In this document: positions 51,555-64,000 of the stretch, piece by piece
How the letters are laid out: every line of letters begins with the position of its first letter
Numbering within the stretch: the first letter of the stretch is position 1
Assembly (NCBI RefSeq): GCF_006345805.1
Contig: NC_043024.1
Span: 15,996,001 to 16,060,000 of the forward strand
DNA: 64,000 bases
Source of the DNA: Octopus sinensis
Lineage: Eukaryota
Direction of reading: 5' to 3'
Program-made: the position numbers and the translations under genes
Notes under the pieces: generated by a model
Database searches by the model: none
Seen by the model: the letters and a program-made list of their open reading frames with translations, nothing else
What the model was told of the DNA's origin: nothing

Positions 51555-54500
51555 ACCCAGGAAGACATGGGATGTGGTGGTAAAGCACGATCTTTGAACA
51601 TTGGGCCTCACAGAGGCAATGATGAGATATGCTGGAAATATGCTGTGATCGGGAAGACCCGGCAACTAAAGTGAGATCGCAGTCGTGGATGGTACCAATG
51701 TTGCATAACTAGCCCATTTAAAAGTACCCTTGAATCATCGGGCGATAAATTGAGCTTGAGAAGACCTGTTGAGTCAAGTGAAATTGTAATCGTGGCGGCT
51801 GACTGGCAACCGTGCTGGTGGCACATAAAAAGCACCATTTGAATGTGGTCAATACCAGTGTCCCCTTAGTGACTCCCATGCCAGTGGCACATAAAAAGCA
51901 CCATCCAAACGTGACCAATGCCAGTGCCACCTGACTGGCTCCTGTGCCAGTGGAACATAAAAAGCACCATCCAAACGTGGCCAATGCCAGTGCCACCTGA
52001 CTGGCTCCTGTGCCAGTGGCACATAAAAAGCATCATCCAAACGTGGCCAATGCCAGTGCCACCTGACTGGCTCCTGTGCCAGTGGCACATAAAAAGCATC
52101 ATCCAAACGTGGCCAATGCCAGTGCCACCTGACTGGCTCCTGTGCCAGTGGCACATAAAAAGCATCATCCAAACGTGGCCAATGCCAGTGCCACCTGACT
52201 GGCTCCTGTGCCAGTGGCACATAAAAAGCATCATCCAAACGTGGCCAATGCCAGTGCCACCTGACTGGCTCCTGTGCCAGTGGAACATAAAAAGCACCAT
52301 CCAAACGTGACCAATGCCAGTGCCACCTGACTGGCTCCTGTGCCAGTGGAACATAAAAAGCATCATCCAAACGTGGCCAATGCCAGTGCCACCTGACTGG
52401 CTCCTGTGCCAGTGGCACATAAAAAGCATCATCCAAACGTGGCCAATACCAGTGCCACCTGACTGGCTCCTGTGCCAGTGGAACATAAAAAGCACCATCC
52501 AAACGTGGCCAATGCCAGTGCCACCTGACTGGCTCCTGTGCCAGTGGCACATAAAAAGCATCATCCAAATGTGGCCAATGCCAGTGCCATCTGACTGGCT
52601 CCTGTGCCAGTGGCACATAAAAAGCATCATCCAAACGTGGCCAATGCCAGTGCCACCTGACTGGCTCCTGTGCCAGTGGCACATAAAAAGCATCATCCAA
52701 ACGTGGCCAATGCCAGTGCCACCTGACTGGCTCCTGTGCCAGTGGCACATAAAAAGCATCATCCAAACGTGGCCAATGCCAGTGCCACCTGACTGGCTCC
52801 TGTGCCAGTGGCACATAAAAAGCATCATCCAAACGTGGCCAATGCCAGTGCCACCTGACTGGCTCCTGTGCCAGTGGCACATAAAAAGCATCATCCAAAC
52901 GTGGCCAATGCCAGTGCCACCTGACTGGCTCCTGTGCCAGTGGCACATAAAAAGCATCATCCAAACGTGGCCAATACCAGTGCCACCTGACTGGCTCCTG
53001 TGCCAGTGGCACATAAAAAGCATCTTCCAAACGTGGCCAATGCCAGTGCCACCTGACTGGCTCCTGTGCCAGTGGCATGTAAAAAGCATCATCCAAACGT
53101 GGCCAATGCCAGTGCCACCTGACTGGCTCCTGTGCCAGTGGAACATAAAAAGCACCATCCAAACGTGGCCAATGCCAGTGCCACCTGACTGGCTCCTGTG
53201 CCAGTGGAACATAAAAAGCATCATCCAAACGTGGCCAATGCCAGTGCCACCTGACTGGCTCCTGTGCCAGTGGAACATAAAAAGCACCATCCAAACGTGG
53301 CCAATGCCAGTGCCACCTGACTGGCTCCTGTGCCAGTGGAACATAAAAAGCATCATCCAAACGTGGCCAATGCCAGTGCCACCTGACTGGCTCCTGTGCC
53401 AGTGGAACATAAAAAGCACCATCCAAACGTGGCCAATGCCAGTGCCACCTGACTGGCTCCTGTGCCAGTGGCATGTAAAAAGCATCATCCAAACGTGGCC
53501 AATGCCAGTGCCACCTGACTGGCTCCTGTGCCAGTGGAACATAAAAAGCATCATCCAAACGTGGCCAATGCCAGTGCCACCTGACTGGCTCCTGTGCCAG
53601 TGGAACATAAAAAGCACCATCCAAACGTGGCCAATGCCAGTGCCACCTGACTGGCTCCTGTGCCAGTGGAACATAAAAAAAATCATCCAAACGTGGCCAA
53701 TGCCAGTGCCACCTGACTGGCTCCTGTGCCAGTGGAACATAAAAAGCACCATCCAAATGTGGCCAATGCCAGTGCCACCTGACTGGCTCCTGTGCCAGTG
53801 GAACATAAAAAGCACTATCCAAACGTGGCCAATGCCAGTGCCACCTGACTGGCTCCTGTGCCAGTGGCACATAAAAAGCATCATCCAAACGTGGCCAATG
53901 CCAGTGCCACCTGACTGGCTCCTGTGCCAGTGGCATGTAAAAAGCATCATCCAAACGTGGCCAATGCCAGTGCCACCTGACTGGCTCCTGTGCCAGTGGG
54001 ACATAAAAAGCACCATCCAAACGTGGCCAATGCCAGTGCCACCTGACTGGCTCCTGTGCCAGTGGAACATAAAAAGCATCATCCAAACGTGGCCAATGCC
54101 AGTGCCACCTGACTGGCTCCTGTGCCAGTGGCATGTAAAAAGCATCATCCAAACGTGGACAATGCCAGTGCCACCTGACTGGCTCCTGTGCCAGTGGCAC
54201 ATAAAAAGCATCATCCAAACGTGGCCAATGCCAGTGCCACCTGACTGGCTCCTGTGCCAGTGGAACATAAAAAGCACCATCCAAACGTGGCCAATACCAG
54301 TGCCACCTGACTGGCTCCTGTGCCAGTGGAACATAAAAAGCACCATCCAAACGTGGCCAATGCCAGTGCCACCTGACTGGCTCCTGTGCCAGTGGCACAT
54401 AAAAAGCATCATCCAAACGTGGCCAATGCCAGTGCCACCTGACTGGCTCCTGTGCCAGTGGAACATAAAAAGCATCATCCAAACGTGGCCAATGCCAGTG

Positions 54501-57500
54501 CCACCTGACTGGCTCCTGTGCCAGTGGAACATAAAAAGTACCATCCAAACGTGGCCAATGCCAGTGCCACCTGACTGGCTCCTGTGCCAGTGGAACATAA
54601 AAAGCATCATCCAAACGTGGCCAATACCAGTGCCACCTGACTGGCTCCTGTGCCAGTGGAACATAAAAAGCACCATCCAAACGTGGCCAATGCCAGTGCC
54701 ACCTGACTGGCTCCTGTGCCAGTGGAACATAAAAAGCATCATCCAAACGTGGCCAATGCCAGTGCCACCTGACTGGCTCCTGTGCCAGTGGAACATAAAA
54801 AGCACCATCCAAACGTGGCCAATGCCAGTGCCACCTGACTGGCTCCTGTGCCAGTGGAACATAAAAAGCATCATCCAAACGTGGCCAATGCCAGTGCCAC
54901 CTGACTGGCTCCTGTGCCAGTGGAACATAAAAAGCACCATCCAAACGTGGCCAATGCCAGTGCCACCTGACTGGCTCCTGTGCCAGTGGGACATAAAAAG
55001 CACATCCAAACGTGGCCAATGCCAGTGCCACCTGACTGGCTCCTGTGCCAGTGGCACATAAAAAGCACCATCCAAACGTGGCCAATGCCAGTGCCACCTG
55101 ACTGGCTCCTGTGCCAGTGGAACATAAAAAGCACCATCCAAACGTGGCCAATGCCAGTGCCACCTGACTGGCTCCTGTGCCAGTGGAACATAAAAAGCAC
55201 ATCCAAACGTGGCCAATGCCAGTGCCACCTGACTGGCTCCTGTGCCAGTGGAACATAAAAAGCACCATCCAAACGTGGCCAATGCCAGTGCCACCTGACT
55301 GGCTCCTGTGCCAGTGGAACATAAAAAGCACCATCCAAACGTGGCCAATGCCAGTGCCACCTGACTGGCTCCTGTGCCAGTGGGACATAAAAAGCACCAT
55401 CCAAACGTGGCCAATGCCAGTGCCACCTGACTGGCTCCTGTGCCAGTGGAACATAAAAAGCACCATCCAAACGTGGCCAATGCCAGTGCCACCTGACTGG
55501 CTCCTGTGCCAGTGGGACATAAAAAGCACCATCCAAACGTGGCCAATGCCAGTGCCACCTGACTGGCTCCTGTGCCAGTGGAACATAAAAAGCACCATCC
55601 AAACGTGGCCAATGCCAGTGCCACCTGACTGGCTCCTGTGCCAGTGGAACATAAAAAGCACCATCCAAACGTGGCCAATGCCAGTGCCACCTGACTGGCT
55701 CCTGTGCCAGTGGAACATAAAAAGCACCATCCAAACGTGGCCAATGCCAGTGCCACTGACTGGCTCCTGTGCCAGTGGAACATAAAAAGCATCATCCAAA
55801 CGTGGCCAATGCCAGTGCCACCTGACTGGCTCCTGTGCCAGTGGCACATAAAAAGCACCATCCAAACGTGGCCAATGCCAGTGCCACCTGACTGGCTCCT
55901 GTGCCAGTGGCACATAAAAAGCATCATCCAAACGTGGCCAATGCCAGTGCCACCTGACTGGCTCCTGTGCCAGTGGAACATAAAAAGCATCATCCAAACG
56001 TGGCCAATGCCAGTGCCACCTGACTGGCTCCTGTGCCAGTGGAACATAAAAAGCATCATCCAAACGTGGCCAATGCCAGTGCCACCTGACTGGCTCCTGT
56101 GCCAGTGGCATAAAAAGCATCATCCAAACGTGGCCAATGCCAGTGCCACCTGACTGGCTCCTGTGCCAGTGGAACATAAAAAGCATCATCCAAACGTGCC
56201 AATGCCAGTGCCACCTGACTGGCTCCTGTGCCAGTGGAACATAAAAAGCATCATCCAAACGTGGCCAATGCCAGTGCCACCTGACTGGCTCCTGTGCCAG
56301 TGGCACATAAAAAGCATCATCCAAACGTGGCCAATGCCAGTGCCACCTGACTGGCTCCTGTGCCAGTGGCACATAAAAAGCATCATCCAAACGTGGCCAA
56401 TGCCAGTGCCACCTGACTGGCTCCTGTGCCAGTGGCACATAAAAAGCATCATCCAAACGTGGCCAATGCCAGTGCCACCTGACTGGCTCCTGTGCCAGTG
56501 GCACATAAAAAGCATCATCCAAACGTGGCCAATACCAGTGCCACCTGACTGGCTCCTGTGCCAGTGGAACATAAAAAGCACTATCCAAACGTGGCCAATG
56601 CCAGTTCCACCTTATTGGCTCCTGTGCCAGTGGCACATAAAAAGCATCATCCAAACGTGGCCAATGCCAGTGCCACCTGACTGGCTCCTGTGCCAGTGGC
56701 ATGTAAAAAGCATCATCCAAACGTGGCCAATACCAGTGCCACCTGACTGGCTCCTGTGCCAGTGGCACATAAAAAGCATCATCCAAACGTGGCCAATGCC
56801 AGTGCCACCTGACTGGCTCCTGTGCCAGTGGCATGTAAAAAGCATCATCCAAACGTGGCCAATGCCAGTGCCACCTGACTGGCTCCTGTGCCAGTGGAAC
56901 ATAAAAAGCACCATCCAAACGTGGCCAATGCCAGTGCCACCTGACTGGCTCCTGTGCCAGTGGAACATAAAAAGCATCATCCAAACGTGGCCAATGCCAG
57001 TGCCACCTGACTGGCTCCTGTGCCAGTGGCATGTAAAAAGCATCATCCAAACGTGGCCAATGCCAGTGCCACCTGACTGGCTCCTGTGCCAGTGGCACAT
57101 AAAAAGCATCATCCAAACGTGGCCAATACCAGTGCCACCTGACTGGCTCCTGTGCCAGTGGAACATAAAAAGCACCATCCAAACGTGGCCAATGCCAGTT
57201 CCACCTGACTGGCTCCTGTGCCAGTGGCACATAAAAAGCATCATCCAAACGTGGCCAATGCCAGTGCCACCTGACTGGCTCCTGTGCCAGTGGCATGTAA
57301 AAAGCATCATCCAAACGTGGCCAATGCCAGTTCCACCTGACTGGCTCCTGTGCCAGTGGAACATAAAAAGCATCATCCAAACGTGCCAATGCCAGTGCCA
57401 CCTGACTGGCTCCTGTGCCAGTGGCACATAAAAAGCATCATCCAACGTGGCCAATGCCAGTGCCACCTGACTGGCTCCTGTGCCAGTGGCACATAAAAAG

Positions 57501-60500
57501 CATCATCCAACGTGGCCAATACCAGTGCCACCTGACTGGCTCCTGTGCCAGTGGAACATAAAAAGCACCATCCAAACGTGGCCAATGCCAGTTCCACCTG
57601 ACTGGCTCCTGTGCCAGTGGCACATAAAAAGCATCATCCAAACGTGGCCAATGCCAGTGCCACCTGACTGGCTCCTGTGCCAGTGGCACATAAAAAGCAT
57701 CATCCAAACGTGGCCAATGCCAGTGCCACCTGACTGGCTCCTGTGCCAGTGGCACATAAAAAGCATCATCCAAACGTGGCCAATGCCAGTGCCACCTGAC
57801 TGGCTCCTGTGCCAGTGACACATAAAAAGCATCATCCAAATGTGGCCAATGCCAGTGCCACCTGACTGGCTCCTGTGCCAGTGGAACATAAAAAGCACTA
57901 TCCAAACGTGGCCAATGCCAGTGCCACCTGACTGGCTCCTGTGCCAGTGGCACATAAAAAGCATCATCCAAATGTGGCCAATGCCAGTGCCATCTGACTG
58001 GCTCCTGTGCCAGTGGCACATAAAAAGCATCATCCAAACGTGGCCAATGCCAGTGCCACCTGACTGGCTCCTGTGCCAGTGGCACATAAAAAGCATCATC
58101 CAAACGTGGCCAATGCCAGTGCCACCTGACTGGCTCCTGTGCCAGTGGAACATAAAAAGCATCATCCAAATGTGGCCAATGCCAGTGCCACCTGACTGGC
58201 TCCTGTGCCAGTGGCACATAAAAAGCATCATCCAAACGTGGCCAATGCCAGTGCCACCTGACTGGCTCCTGTGCCAGTGGAACATAAAAAGCATCATCCA
58301 AATGTGGCCAATGCCAGTGCCACCTGACTGGCTCCTGTGCCAGTGGCACATAAAAAGCATCATCCAAACGTGGCCAATGCCAGTGCCACCTGACTGGCTC
58401 CTGTGCCAGTGGAACATAAAAAGCATCATCCAAATGTGGCCAATGCCAGTGCCACCTGACTGGCTCCTGTGCCAGTGGCATGTAAAAAGCATCATCCAAA
58501 CGTGGCCAATGCCAGTGCCACCTGACTGGCTCCTGTGCCAGTGGAACATAAAAAGCATCATCCAAACGTGGCCAATGCCAGTGCCACCTGACTGGCTCCT
58601 GTGCCAGTGGCATGTAAAAAGCATCATCCAAATGTGGCCAATGCCAGTGCCACCTGACTGGCTCCTGTGCCAGTGGAACATAAAAAGCATCATCCAAACG
58701 TGGCCAATGCCAGTGCCACCTGACTGGCTCCTGTGCCAGTGGAACATAAAAAGCATCATCCAAACGTGGCCAATGCCAGTGCACCTGACTGGCTCCTGTG
58801 CCAGTGGAACATAAAAAGCATCATCCAAACGTGGCCAATGCCAGTGCCACCTGACTGGCTCCTGTGCCAGTGGCATGTAAAAAGCATCATCCAAATGTGG
58901 CCAATGCCAGTGCCACCTGACTGGCTCCTGTGCCAGTGGAACATAAAAAGCATCATCCAAACGTGGCCAATGCCAGTGCCACCTGACTGGCTCCTGTGCC
59001 AGTGGAACATAAAAAGCATCATCCAAACGTGGCCAATGCCAGTGCCACCTGACTGGCTCCTCCTGTGCCAGTGGAACATAAAAAGCATCATCCAAACGTG
59101 GCCAATGCCAGTGCCACCTGACTGGCTCCTGTGCCAGTGGAACATAAAAAGCATCATCCAACGTGGCCAATGCCAGTGCCACCTGACTGGCTCCTGTGCC
59201 AGTGGAACATAAAAAGCATCATCCAAACGTGGCCAATGCCAGTGCCACCTGACTGGCTCCTGTGCCAGTGGCATGTAAAAAGCATCATCCAAATGTGGCC
59301 AATGCCAGTGCCACCTGACTGGCTCCTGTGCCAGTGGAACATAAAAAGCATCATCCAAACGTGGCCAATGCCAGTGCCACCTGACTGGCTCCTGTGCCAG
59401 TGGAACATAAAAAGCATCATCCAAACGTGGCCAATGCCAGTGCCACCTGACTGGCTCCTGTGCCAGTGGACATAAAAAGCATCATCCAAACGTGGCCAAT
59501 GCCAGTGCCACCTGACTGGCCTGTGCCAGTGGCATGTAAAAAGCATCATCCAAATGTGGCCAATGCCAGTGCCACCTGACTGGCTCCTGTGCCAGTGGAA
59601 CATAAAAAGCATCATCCAAACGTGGCCAATGCCAGTGCCACCTGACTGGCTCCTGTGCCAGTGGCACATAAAAAGCATCATCCAAACGTGGCCAATGCCA
59701 GTGCCACCTGACTGGCTCCTGTGCCAGTGGAACATAAAAAGCATCATCCAAACGTGGCCAATGCCAGTGCCACCTGACTGGCTCCTGTGCCAGTGGAACA
59801 TAAAAAGCATCATCCAAACGTGGCCAATGCCAGTGCCACCTGACTGGCTCCTGTGCCAGTGGCATGTAAAAAGCATCATCCAAATGTGGCCAATGCCAGT
59901 GCCACCTGACTGGCTCCTGTGCCAGTGGAACATAAAAAGCATCATCCAAACGTGGCCAATGCCAGTGCCACCTGACTGGCTCCTGTGCCAGTGGAACATA
60001 AAAAGCATCATCCAAACGTGGCCAATGCCAGTGCCACCTGACTGGCTCCTGTGCCAGTGGCATGTAAAAAGCATCATCCAAATGTGGCCAATACCAGTGC
60101 CACCTGACTGGCTCCTGTGCCAGTGGAACATAAAAACCATCATCCAAATGTGGCCAATGCCAGTGCCACCTGACTGGCTCCTGTGCCAGTGGGACATAAA
60201 AAGCATCATCCAAACGTGGCCAATGCCAGTGCCATCTGACTGGCTCCTGTGCCAGTGGCACATAAAAAGCATCATCCAAACGTGGCCAATGCCAGTGCCA
60301 CCTGACTGCTCCTGTGCCAGTGGTGGAACATAAAAAGCATCATCCAAATGTGGCCAATGCCAGTGCCACCTGACTGGCTCCTGTGCCAGTGGGACATAAA
60401 AAGCATCATCCAAACGTGGCCAATGCCAGTGCCATCTGACTGGCTCCTGTGCCAGTGGCACATAAAAAGCATCATCCAAACGTGGCCAATGCCAGTGCCA

Positions 60501-63500
60501 CCTGACTGGCTCCTGTGCCAGTGGAACATAAAAAGCATCATCCAAACGTGGCCAATGCCAGTGCCACCTGACTGGCTCCTGTGCCAGTGGCACATAAAAA
60601 GCATCATCCAAACGTGGCCAATGCCAGTGCCATCTGACTGGCTCCTGTGCCAGTGGCACATAAAAAGCATCATCCAAACGTGGCCAATGCCAGTGCCACC
60701 TGACTGGCTCCTGTGCCAGTGGAACATAAAAAGCATCATCCAAACGTGGCCAATGCCAGTGCCACCTGACTGCTCCTGTGCCAGTGGCACATAAAAAGCA
60801 TCATCCAAACGTGGCCAATGCCAGTGCCATCTGACTGGCTCCTGTGCCAGTGGCACATAAAAAGCATCATCCAAACGTGGCCAATGCCAGTGCCACCTGA
60901 CTGGCTCCTGTGCCAGTGGAACATAAAAAGCATCATCCAAACGTGGCCAATGCCAGTGCCACCTGACTGGCTCCTGTGCCAGTGGAACATAAAAAGCATC
61001 ATCCAAACGTGGCCAATGCCAGTGCCACCTGACTGGCTCCTGTGCCAGTGGAACATAAAAAGCATCATCCAAACGTGGCCAATGCCAGTGCCATCTGACT
61101 GGCTCCTGTGCCAGTGGCACATAAAAAGCATCATCCAAATGTGGCCAATGCCAGTGCCACCTGACTGGCTCCTGTGCCAGTGGAACATAAAAAGCATCAT
61201 CCAAACGTGGCCAATGCCAGTGCCATCTGACTGGCTCCTGTGCCAGTGGCACATAAAAAGCATCATCCAAACGTGGCCAATGCCAGTGCCACCTGACTGG
61301 CTCCTGTGCCAGTGAACATAAAAAGCATCATCCAAACGTGGCCAATGCCAGTGCCACCTGACTGGCTCCTGTGCCAGTGGCACATAAAAAGCATCATCCA
61401 AACGTGGCCAATGCCAGTGCCACCTGACTGGCTCCTGTGCCAGTGGCACATAAAAAGCATCATCCAAACGTGGCCAATGCCAGTGCCACCTGACTGGCTC
61501 CTGTGCCAGTGGCACATAAAAAGCATCATCCAAACGTGGCCAATGCCAGTGCCACCTGACTGGCTCCTGTGCCAGTGGAACATAAAAAGCATCATCCAAA
61601 CGTGGCCAATGCCAGTGCCACCTGACTGGCTCCTGTGCCAGTGGCACATAAAAAGCATCATCCAAACGTGGCCAATGCCAGTGCCATCTGACTGGCTCCT
61701 GTGCCAGTGGCACATAAAAAGCATCATCCAAACGTGGCCAATGCCAGTGCCACCTGACTGGCTCCTGTGCCAGTGGAACATAAAAAGCATCATCCAAACG
61801 TGGCCAATGCCAGTGCCACCTGACTGGCTCCTGTGCCAGTGGCACATAAAAAGCATCATCCAAACGTGGCCAATGCCAGTGCCATCTGACTGGCTCCTGT
61901 GCCAGTGGAACATAAAAAGCATCATCCAAACGTGGCCAATGCCAGTGCCACCTGACTGGCTCCTTTGCCAGTGGCACATAAAAAGCATCATCCAAACGTG
62001 GCCAATGCCAGTGCCACCTGACTGGCTCCTGTGCCAGTGGCACATAAAAAGCATCATCCAAACGTGGCCAATGCCAGTGCCACCTGACTGGCTCCTGTGC
62101 CAGTGGCACATAAAAAGCATCATCCAAACGTGGCCAATGCCAGTGCCACCTGACTGGCTCCTGTGCCAGTGGAACATAAAAAGCATCATCCAAACGTGGC
62201 CAATGCCAGTGCCACCTGACTGGCTCCTGTGCCAGTGGCACATAAAAAGCATCATCCAAACGTGGCCAATGCCAGTGCCATCTGACTGGCTCCTGTGCCA
62301 GTGGCACATAAAAAGCATCATCCAAACGTGGCCAATGCCAGTGCCACCTGACTGGCTCCTGTGCCAGTGGAACATAAAAAGCATCATCCAAACGTGGCCA
62401 ATGCCAGTGCCACCTGACTGGCTCCTGTGCCAGTGGCACATAAAAAGCATCATCCAAACGTGGCCAATGCCAGTGCCATCTGACTGGCTCCTGTGCCAGT
62501 GGAACATAAAAAGCATCATCCAAACGTGGCCAATGCCAGTGCCACCTGACTGGCTCCTTTGCCAGTGGAACATAAAAAGCATCATCCAAACGTGGCCAAT
62601 GCCAGTGCCACCTGACTGGCTCCTGTGCCAGTGGCACATAAAAAGCATCATCCAAACGTGGCCAATGCCAGTGCCATCTGACTGGCTCCTGTGCCAGTGG
62701 CACATAAAAAGCATCATCCAAACGTGGCCAATGCCAGTGCCACCTGACTGGCTCCTGTGCCAGTGGAACATAAAAAGCATCATCCAAACGTGGCCAATGC
62801 CAGTGCCACCTGACTGGCTCCTGTGCCAGTGGCACATAAAAAGCATCATCCAACGTGGCCAATGCCAGTGCCACCTGACTGGCTCCTGTGCCAGTGGAAC
62901 ATAAAAAGCATCATCCAAACGTGCCAATGCCAGTGCCATCTGACTGGCTCCTGTGCCAGTGGCACATAAAAAGCATCATCCAAATGTGGCCAATGCCAGT
63001 GCCACCTGACTGGCTCCTGTGCCAGTGGAAAATAAAAAGCATCATCCAAACGTGGCCAATGCCAGTGCCATCTGACTGGCTCCTGTGCCAGTGGCACATA
63101 AAAAGCATCATCCAAACGTGGCCAATGCCAGTGCCACCTGACTGGCTCCTGTGCCAGTGGAACATAAAAAGCATCATCCAAACGTGGCCAATACCAGTGC
63201 CACCTGACTGGCTCCTGTGCCAGTGGCACATAAAAAGCATCATCCAAACGTGGCCAATGCCAGTGCCACCTGACTGGCTCCTGTGCCAGTGGAACATAAA
63301 AAGCATCATCCAAACGTGGCCAATGCCAGTGCCACCTGACTGGCTCCTGTGCCAGTGGAACATAAAAAGCATCATCCAACGTGGCCAATGCCAGTGCCAC
63401 CTGACTGGCTCCTGTGCCAGTGGCACATAAAAAGCATCATCCAAACGTGGCCAATGCCAGTGCCACCTGACTGGCTCCTGTGCCAGTGGAACATAAAAAG

Positions 63501-64000
63501 CATCATCCAAACGTGGCCAATGCCAGTGCCACCTGACTGGCTCCTGTGCCAGTGGCACATAAAAAGCATCATCCAAACGTGGCCAATGCCAGTGCCACCT
63601 GACTGGCTCCTGTGCCAGTGGAACATAAAAAGCATCATCCAAACGTGGCCAATGCCAGTGCCACCTGACTGGCTCCTGTGCCAGTGGCACATAAAAAGCA
63701 TCATCCAAATGTGGCCAATGCCAGTGCCATCTGACTGGCTCCTGTGCCAGTGGCACATAAAAAGCATCATCCAAATGTGGCCAATGCCAGTGCCATCTGA
63801 CTGGCTCCTGTGCCAGTGGCATGTAAAAAGCACCATTCAAAAGTGGTTGATGCCAGTACTGCCTGACTGGCTCCAAAGCCGGTGGCATGTAAAAAGCACC
63901 CACTACACTCTCGGAGTGGTTGGCATTAGTAAGGACATCCAGCTTGCCAGATAAGACTGGAGCCTGGTGCAGCCTACTGACTTGCCAGTCCTCAGTCAAA
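51555..64000 (+). mobile_element. 5'-truncated RTE LINE hosting the 66-bp satellite in its 3' UTR
   Basis: PRKTWDVVVKHDL*TLGLTEAM at 51556-51620, homologous to 17050-17160 (-). The right flank 63890-63950 matches the rc of 14690-14745. Confidence 0.85.
51870..63830 (+). repeat. Tandem satellite, 66-bp unit, about 180 copies
   Basis: Unit CCAATGCCAGTGCCACCTGACTGGCTCCTGTGCCAGTGG(C/A)ACATAAAAAGCA(T/C)CATCCAAACGTGG. Confidence 0.99.

Noticed and set aside
51849-63999. Giant ORFs (up to 1850 aa) on both strands of the satellite
   Set aside because: The 66-bp unit is a multiple of 3 and lacks stops in several frames. ORFs switch frame at single-base indels and show no domain or codon signal.

Overview
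Repeat-rich animal genomic DNA with GT-AG introns and no prokaryotic features. The SINE, LINE and microsatellite make-up suggests an octopod cephalopod; that is inference. The only host genes are two convergent (tail-to-tail) glutamate-cysteine ligase catalytic subunit (GCLC)-like paralogues that the ORF track mostly misses. Copy A (+) has the end of one exon at 1-7 and four exons to a stop at 6015. Copy B (-) has eight exons from 50479 down to a stop at 17489, with one apparent frameshift. Their upstream exons are about 76% identical, but the last two exons plus intron are nearly identical, consistent with gene conversion. The rest is mobile DNA. Two 5'-truncated Penelope-like elements (PLEs) have inverted terminal repeats that each carry a canonical type I hammerhead ribozyme. 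Further hammerhead motifs, some with variant cores, sit in non-coding elements. RTE, CR1 and R4/Dong LINE fragments, Tc1/mariner elements, a Gypsy relic and many tRNA-derived SINEs are also present. A ~12 kb array of a 66-bp unit (about 180 copies) and a ~2.5 kb higher-order array both grew out of the 3' UTR of the same RTE LINE family. All very long ORFs in the track are repeat artefacts.
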